This document shows positions 58,213 to 64,000 of a DNA stretch of 64,000 nucleotides, piece after piece; within the stretch, counting starts at the first letter, position 1, and the number at the start of each line of letters is the position of its first letter. The stretch spans positions 1,067-65,066 of the forward strand of contig JAZULJ010000018.1 in NCBI GenBank assembly GCA_045603045.1. Direction: 5' to 3'. Source of the DNA: Alistipes sp. (GTDB lineage Bacteria > Bacteroidota > Bacteroidia > Bacteroidales > Rikenellaceae). Position numbers and translations under genes: made by a program. The notes beneath the pieces are model-generated. The model was not told where the DNA came from and did no database searches. It worked only from the letters and a program-made list of their open reading frames with translations.

Positions 58213-59094
58213 TTATAACGTAGAGACAGACTCGGCTTTAACATCGCGCGACACTTTGCCCACCAAGCCCTGCAACACCGTGCCAGGGCCTACCTCCGTG
58301 AACTCGGTAACGCCATCCTCTACCATCTTCTCGACAATCTGAGTCCAACGCACGGGCGCAGTGAGCTGCGCAATAAGGTTCTTTTTGATAGACTCAGCGT
58401 CGGTATAGGGCTGAGCATCGACATTCTGATATACGGGGCATGTGGGGGTCATGAAGTGAGCCTCGGCGATAGCCGCCTCCAACTCCTGACGTGCGGGCTC
58501 CATGAGGGGCGAGTGGAAAGCACCACCCACGGGCAGACGTAGAGCACGGCGAGCGCCCGCCTCTTTGAGCTTCACGCAAGCAGCATCGACAGCCTCGTCA
58601 GCACCCGAGATAACAAGCTGACCGGGGCAGTTGTAGTTGGCACCCACAACTACGCCGTCTATCGAGGCACACACCTCCTCAACGCTCTTATCATCGAGAC
58701 CCAACACCGCAGCCATACCACCAGGCTGCTGCTCACAACATCTTTGCATGGCCATAGCGCGCTTCGAGACGAGCTTCAAGCCATCCTCGAAAGACAAGGC
58801 ACCGGCAACAACCAATGCCGAGAACTCACCGAGCGAGTGTCCCGCAACAGCATCGGGCTTAACACCAAGAGCCTTAGCCAAGATTACCGAGTGGAGAAAG
58901 ACGGCAGGCTGCGTAACCTTCGTCTCTTTAAGTTCCTCAGGCGTACCTGCAAACATGATATCGGTTATACGGAAGCCGAGAATCTCGTTAGCCTGCTCAA
59001 AGAGGGCACGAGCCTCAGCATTGTTCTCATAGACGTCCTTGCCCATGCCTACGGCCTGCGAGCCCTGGCCGGGGAATACGTATGCGTGTTTCAT
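58213..59094 (-). CDS. fabD: Malonyl-CoA:ACP transacylase
   Basis: FPGQGSQ, TQPA, GHSLGE, GAFHS and QLTAPVRW. Confidence 0.97.
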   Translation of the reverse strand: MKHAYVFPGQGSQAVGMGKDVYENNAEARALFEQANEILGFRITDIMFAGTPEELKETKVTQPAVFLHSVILAKALGVKPDAVAGHSLGEFSALVVAGALSFEDGLKLVSKRAMAMQRCCEQQPGGMAAVLGLDDKSVEEVCASIDGVVVGANYNCPGQLVISGADEAVDAACVKLKEAGARRALRLPVGGAFHSPLMEPARQELEAAIAEAHFMTPTCPVYQNVDAQPYTDAESIKKNLIAQLTAPVRWTQIVEKMVEDGVTEFTEVGPGTVLQGLVGKVSRDVKAESVSTL

Positions 59095-59192
59095 AGTTAT
59101 CCTGTTTTATAATCTCCGAAGAGTACAAAATATTAATAATCAAATAAAATCGGCGCTAATATAGTGATAATTCCCGAAATGGCAAAACGTGT

Positions 59193-59714
59193 CTAATCAA
59201 AGAGACACTGGTACTCGACCTCATCACAAAAGCCCTCGGGGGTATGTATCCATGCGCGGCGCACACCACAACGCTCAAAGCCACACGCTTCGAACAGAGC
59301 GATGCTCTGCACATTATCCACCGCCATCGTCGCCCACACCTGCCTAAGTCCGAGCACCTCACGGGCATAGCGCTTCACAGCCTCCACAGCAGCACGCGCA
59401 TAGCCCTGGCGACGCACCTCGGGGCTATAAATGAGGATACCGAGCCCCAAACGGCGGTGTCGCGGCTCAAAATCGAAGAGGTCGATAGCACCCACGGCCA
59501 CACCCTCGACATCGATGATAAGGCGCATCTGTCGCGTGGCGTAGATATCGTACTGCTGTTCCTCGACGAAGCGCATCAGCTGTGCGCGCGACATCGGAGC
59601 ACATGTGCCACTCACCCGCCACACCTCGGGGTCATTCTCCCAGAGATACATGACCTCGACATCCGACGGCTCAACGGCACGCAGACAACACTTAACGGCG
59701 TCGATACAGACCAT
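59193..59714 (-). CDS. GNAT (RimJ/RimL-like) N-acetyltransferase
   Basis: LRAVEPSD, WENDP, RRQGYA and SIALFEACGF. Confidence 0.9.
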   Translation of the reverse strand: MVCIDAVKCCLRAVEPSDVEVMYLWENDPEVWRVSGTCAPMSRAQLMRFVEEQQYDIYATRQMRLIIDVEGVAVGAIDLFDFEPRHRRLGLGILIYSPEVRRQGYARAAVEAVKRYAREVLGLRQVWATMAVDNVQSIALFEACGFERCGVRRAWIHTPEGFCDEVEYQCLFD

Positions 59715-59715
59715 T

Positions 59716-60945
59716 TTACAGACCTATTATGCGATTACGGATAAGCATCGCCACACCCCATGCATTCGCGCTGTCGGTCATCTTCGACACGCGGAATTTG
59801 GTATCCTTATAGACGAGGTTGAGCGAATATTTGTTTGTTGAAGACTTCAACGGCAACATGAGGTACTCACCCGCTTGCGCGAGGTTACCACCCACGATAA
59901 CGGTCTCGGGATTGAAGGTGTTGATGAGAAAGGCGACAGCTTTACCCACCTTTTCGCCCGCCTCCTCGATAAGTTCGATAGAGAGGTTATCGTCGTTACG
60001 TGCAGCGGCGATGATATCGTTGATATGTATCGACTCGCCACGGTCGTACATCTCCCTCAGACGTGTATTCACGCCGTTGCGTATGAGGTTTACAATCTTA
60101 TTCTCGATGGCAATACCCGACACCTCGGTCTCCAAGCAGCCCTTCTTGCCGCAAGCACATATTATCTCGTTATCGAAGAAGGGGATATGTCCGAATTCGC
60201 CTGCAAAGCCATTCTTGCCGTAGTATAGCTTGCCGTCGATGACGATGCCTATGGCCACGCCACGACCCATGTGCAAGTAGAGGACGTTGCTCTCGTTCTT
60301 CGACTTGCCGGTGGTGTACTCTGCATAGCAGCGTGCTCGCGTGTCGTTCTCCAAGAGTACGCGTATGCCTATGCGCGACGAGATGATATCGCGCAATGAC
60401 TCCTCGCTCGAAGTGAAGTACTTGTACGAACGTCCTGTCTCGGGATTTACACGGCCTACGATAGAGACACCCACGCCCAAAATCTTCTCCCGCTCAACAC
60501 CGCAGTCGGCCACAAATTTCTCGATATTCTGACATATATGTTCCAAGCACTGTGGTCGATCGACAAGCTCAAAGGTGGTGTCCGTACGCTCGCTTATGAC
60601 GTTATTTTGGAGGTCGGTAACGACATAGGTCATGTGGTCACGACCCACGTTGATACCCGCGAAATATATTGCCGAGTTTGCCAAGCCAAAGACATTGGGA
60701 CGGCGACCACCGGGAGTCTCAACCTTGCCCAAGTCGTTCACGATGCTGTCATCGACAAGCTCCTGCACGAGCTTGGTCATCGTCGGAACGCTTATATGTA
60801 ACTCACGCGTGAGCTCCGAGAGGGTGCTCTCGCCATTAAGCGCCATATATGCGATTATGTTTCGTTTGATTATATTGTTTTTGTGCGTGATGCCCTTCAA
60901 CCCATCTGCCGCCTCAATATTAAAAAACCTTGCGAGCGATGTCAT
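59716..60945 (-). CDS. ROK family transcriptional regulator (NagC/XylR-like)
   Basis: N-terminal HTH (SVPTMTK), GGRRP, ENDTRA, GEFGH and CACGKKGCLE. Confidence 0.93.
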   Translation of the reverse strand: MTSLARFFNIEAADGLKGITHKNNIIKRNIIAYMALNGESTLSELTRELHISVPTMTKLVQELVDDSIVNDLGKVETPGGRRPNVFGLANSAIYFAGINVGRDHMTYVVTDLQNNVISERTDTTFELVDRPQCLEHICQNIEKFVADCGVEREKILGVGVSIVGRVNPETGRSYKYFTSSEESLRDIISSRIGIRVLLENDTRARCYAEYTTGKSKNESNVLYLHMGRGVAIGIVIDGKLYYGKNGFAGEFGHIPFFDNEIICACGKKGCLETEVSGIAIENKIVNLIRNGVNTRLREMYDRGESIHINDIIAAARNDDNLSIELIEEAGEKVGKAVAFLINTFNPETVIVGGNLAQAGEYLMLPLKSSTNKYSLNLVYKDTKFRVSKMTDSANAWGVAMLIRNRIIGL

Positions 60946-61129
60946 CTTTCTAAAAACATTTAATTTATTATGCAAATATAATAAAAATTTTTGAAAATAT
61001 TTTACATCATAACGTAAATTTAACTAAAAATAACAACATTTACCTACATATTAGCCGCCTACAACACTATCGAGCGTTTGCTCATTCGGCTTTTTTGAGT
61101 ATCTTTGTATGATTTTGAATGGCAGACAA

Positions 61130-61747
61130 ATGTTACTACACGACAAACTACAAAGCTACGATATAATTCTCGCCTCCGCCTCACCGCGCCGTCGCGAGTT
61201 ATTACGCGCTGCGGGCATCGATTATCGCCTTGCTGCAAAGTTCGAATGTGAGGAGCACTACCCCGCCACTATCCTCAAAGAGGATGTCGCGGCCTACCTC
61301 TCGCAGTTGAAGAGCCACGCCTACCCTGCCACGCTCCAACCACGCGAGATACTCATCACGGCCGATACCACGGTACTACTCGGCGATGAAGTTCTCGGCA
61401 AGCCCGCCGACAGCGTCGAAGCATGTAGCATGCTACGCCGCCTTGCAGGTCGAGACCACGCGGTAATTACGGGTGTAACGCTACGCTCACACGAGCGCGA
61501 GCGCACCTTCGCCGTATGTAGCAAGGTACGCTTCGCTGCACTCAGCGACGAGCAGATAACCTACTACGTCGCGCGCTACAAGCCCATGGACAAGGCCGGC
61601 GCCTACGGCATACAGGAGTGGATAGGCTACATCGGAATTGAACGCATCGAAGGGTCGTTCTACAATGTCATGGGACTCCCCGTGCAGCGCCTATGCAGCG
61701 AGTTGGAGGCCTTCATCGAGGCATGGCCCGAGTGCCACCTCGGATAG
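61130..61747 (+). CDS. maf: Maf family nucleoside triphosphate pyrophosphatase
   Basis: LASASPRRRELL, ADT, LGKP and DKAGAYGIQ; alternative start at 61109. Confidence 0.95.
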   Translation: MLLHDKLQSYDIILASASPRRRELLRAAGIDYRLAAKFECEEHYPATILKEDVAAYLSQLKSHAYPATLQPREILITADTTVLLGDEVLGKPADSVEACSMLRRLAGRDHAVITGVTLRSHERERTFAVCSKVRFAALSDEQITYYVARYKPMDKAGAYGIQEWIGYIGIERIEGSFYNVMGLPVQRLCSELEAFIEAWPECHLG

Positions 61748-61792
61748 TCGGATGCGATAACTACGAAAATAATTTATAAACACAGCTTAAAT

Positions 61793-63820
61793 ATGAAACG
61801 TTCACTACTTATTATCGCGTTGCTCTTTGCAACCACCTTCTCGGCAGTTGCCGACAAGGGTATGTGGCTACCTTCGCTCATCTCATCACGCGTGAAGGAT
61901 ATGAAGTCTAAGGGCTTCAAGCTATCGGCCGAGGACATCTACTCTATCAACAAGGCATCGTTGAAGGATGCCGTTGTTCTGTTCGATGGCGGCTGCACCG
62001 GCGAAATTGTATCGGAGAAGGGTCTTCTGTTTACCAACCACCACTGCGGCTACGACGCTATTCAAGCACTCTCTACCGTCGAACACGACTACCTCACCAA
62101 TGGCTTCTGGGCAAAGTCTCACGCCGAGGAGCTGCCCTGCGCAGGCCTAAAAGTGCATATCCTGGTGCGCATGGAGGAGGTAACGGCTCGCTTGGCGAAG
62201 GGCGAGAGCCGCGAGGAAATTGTTGCGAAGGCTGAGGCCGAGGGCGTAGGCTACATGGCCAAGGTGGAGTCTATGTACTACGGCAACGAGGCCTACCTCT
62301 TCATCTACCGTGAGTTCTCGGATGTGCGTCTGGTGGGCGCACCTCCAACGACCATCGGCAAATTCGGCGCCGACAACGACAACTGGATATGGCCACGTCA
62401 TACGGGCGACTTCTCGGTATTCCGCATCTACGCAAACGCGAATAATGAGCCTGCGGCATATAGTCCCGACAACCGTCCCTACACCCCTGCACGCCACTTC
62501 GAGATTTCAACAAAGGGTATCAAGGAGGGCGACTTCACCATGATATACGGTTTCCCGGGTAATACCCAGGAGTATATCACCTCGGATGCTGTGAAATATA
62601 TTGCCGAGATCTCTGACCCCACGAAGATTGCACTTCGCGACCAGCGCCTCGACATAATCGGCACAGCACAGGCAACATCGCCCGAGATACGTATTCAGTA
62701 TGCTGCTAAGCAGGCCACCATCGCCAACGCCTGGAAGAAGTGGCAGGGCGAGGTTCTCGGCATCAACCGCCTCGGCACCTACGCCAAGAAGGTAGCCTAC
62801 GAGGAGCGCTTCCGCCGCGAAAACCCCTCGAAGAGCTATGTTCTCGACTCATTGGTTGCCGCCTATGCGCGCAACATTGAGGGTTACTACAACTTCGAGC
62901 TCTACAACGAGACGATACGCGGCATCGAGTTGCAGCAGGTTGTGGCTATCGCCCAGAATACAAAACTTAGCGACGCCGAGAAAGAGGCCGCTGCCGACCT
63001 CTTCTACAAGGATTTTGTGTTGAATGTAGATAGAGCCCTGGCCGTTGCCATGCTCACGGAATATGAGGCCAAGGGCACATATATCTCCGAGGAGCTCAAA
63101 TCACTCTTTGCGCGTCATGGTGGCGCAAAGCAGTATGCCGAGTGGCTCTACGACAATACCAAACTTGGCACACGTGCGGGCTACACCAAGGAGAATATCG
63201 CCTCAGACCCCATGACCGAGTTTGTCCTCGCCACAAAGCCCATACAGCAGCGCATCAAACCCTTCGCCTACCGCAACCTGAGCAATATCCCCGATATCGA
63301 GCAGTGGTATCGCCCCTATGTTAAGGCACTCATGGAGTGGGACAAGAAGCGTGCATTCTTCCCCGACGCCAACCTCACACTGCGCGTAGCCTATGGTAAG
63401 GTTGCCGGCTACCAATATGCCGATGGCGAGTATCACCTGCCACAGACCACGTTGGAGGGTATCATGGAGAAGGATAACCCTGAGATTTACGACTATAACA
63501 TTCCGCAGGCACTGCGCGACGTCTTTGCTACGAAGGATTATGGTCGCTGGGGCACCACCATCAACGGTCGCTATACCGTTCCCGTATGTTTCATCGCCAC
63601 CAACCACACCACAGGCGGTAACTCGGGCTCTCCCGTGCTTAACGACCGTGGCGAACTTATAGGTATCAACTTCGACCGCACATGGCTCTCTACGATGAGC
63701 GACATAGAGTTCGACGAAACCCTCTGCCGCAATATCATCTGCGATATCCGCTACGTACTCTTCGTCATCGATAAGGTGGGCGGTGCAGGCTGGCTCATCG
63801 ACGAGATTGGCATTAAATAG
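61793..63820 (+). CDS. S46 family dipeptidyl peptidase, DPP11-like
   Basis: DKGMW, TNHHCG and TTGGNSGSP; Arg in FDRTW at the S1 position. Confidence 0.92.
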   Translation: MKRSLLIIALLFATTFSAVADKGMWLPSLISSRVKDMKSKGFKLSAEDIYSINKASLKDAVVLFDGGCTGEIVSEKGLLFTNHHCGYDAIQALSTVEHDYLTNGFWAKSHAEELPCAGLKVHILVRMEEVTARLAKGESREEIVAKAEAEGVGYMAKVESMYYGNEAYLFIYREFSDVRLVGAPPTTIGKFGADNDNWIWPRHTGDFSVFRIYANANNEPAAYSPDNRPYTPARHFEISTKGIKEGDFTMIYGFPGNTQEYITSDAVKYIAEISDPTKIALRDQRLDIIGTAQATSPEIRIQYAAKQATIANAWKKWQGEVLGINRLGTYAKKVAYEERFRRENPSKSYVLDSLVAAYARNIEGYYNFELYNETIRGIELQQVVAIAQNTKLSDAEKEAAADLFYKDFVLNVDRALAVAMLTEYEAKGTYISEELKSLFARHGGAKQYAEWLYDNTKLGTRAGYTKENIASDPMTEFVLATKPIQQRIKPFAYRNLSNIPDIEQWYRPYVKALMEWDKKRAFFPDANLTLRVAYGKVAGYQYADGEYHLPQTTLEGIMEKDNPEIYDYNIPQALRDVFATKDYGRWGTTINGRYTVPVCFIATNHTTGGNSGSPVLNDRGELIGINFDRTWLSTMSDIEFDETLCRNIICDIRYVLFVIDKVGGAGWLIDEIGIK

Positions 63821-63851
63821 TATCTCTCATGGCGAAAATGCCATGAAAAAC

Positions 63852-63882
63852 GGCCAGGCGAAAATTCATTTTTCACCTGGCC
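63852..63882. terminator. Intrinsic terminator after the S46 peptidase
   Basis: GGCCAGGCGAAAA / TTTTCACCTGGCC near-perfect stem. Confidence 0.75.
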
Positions 63883-64000
63883 TTATTTTATTTATTATCA
63901 ATATATTGCAAAAACGATTGAACGCACTATATCGGCATCACGCTCTCGGTGTTCACAAACACTCTTCCAGATACGGGGGATAGGCAAATATGCTCCCATG

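Noticed and set aside
63900-64000. 3' end of a minus-strand gene entering from the window edge (…HGSIFAYPRIWKSVCEHRERDADIVRSIVFAIY*)
   Set aside because: Only about 33 codons are visible, with no recognisable motif, so it cannot be supported as a feature.

Overview
A 64-kb stretch of mostly core chromosome from a Bacteroidales bacterium, most likely Rikenellaceae/Alistipes-like. That assignment is inferred from gene content, TAnnTTTG promoters and lipoprotein style. The window holds about 50 protein-coding genes. These include housekeeping and metabolic genes (pepC, tdh, ltaE, rdgB, rlmB, ispE, nhaA, pdxB, cinA/pncC, pncB, fhs, nfnAB, nfo, mntP, fabD, maf, a DPP11-like S46 peptidase), a two-component system with two PepSY-like targets, a GH123+GH33 glycosidase pair, several large surface lipoproteins and four tRNAs (Ile2/Met-CAT, Val-TAC, Asn-GTT, Thr-GGT). 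No CRISPR array, integrase, transposase, phage module or recognisable defence system is visible. Three things stand out. (1) Several families of dispersed, structured intergenic repeats: a four-copy two-hairpin element with a conserved GTAC-NNCAA-GTAC apex placed just after stop codons, and a two-copy ~190-bp long hairpin placed just before start codons. (2) A run of enzyme homologues with eroded catalytic motifs: agmatinase-like, two FKBP-like, PyrD-like, the synthetase half of a RelA/SpoT homologue, and a truncated methyltransferase. (3) An unlisted 42-aa ORF behind an ECF sigma factor, an A54/T58-swapped tRNA T-loop, and apparently leaderless genes. All calls come from reading motifs by eye; no database searches were run.
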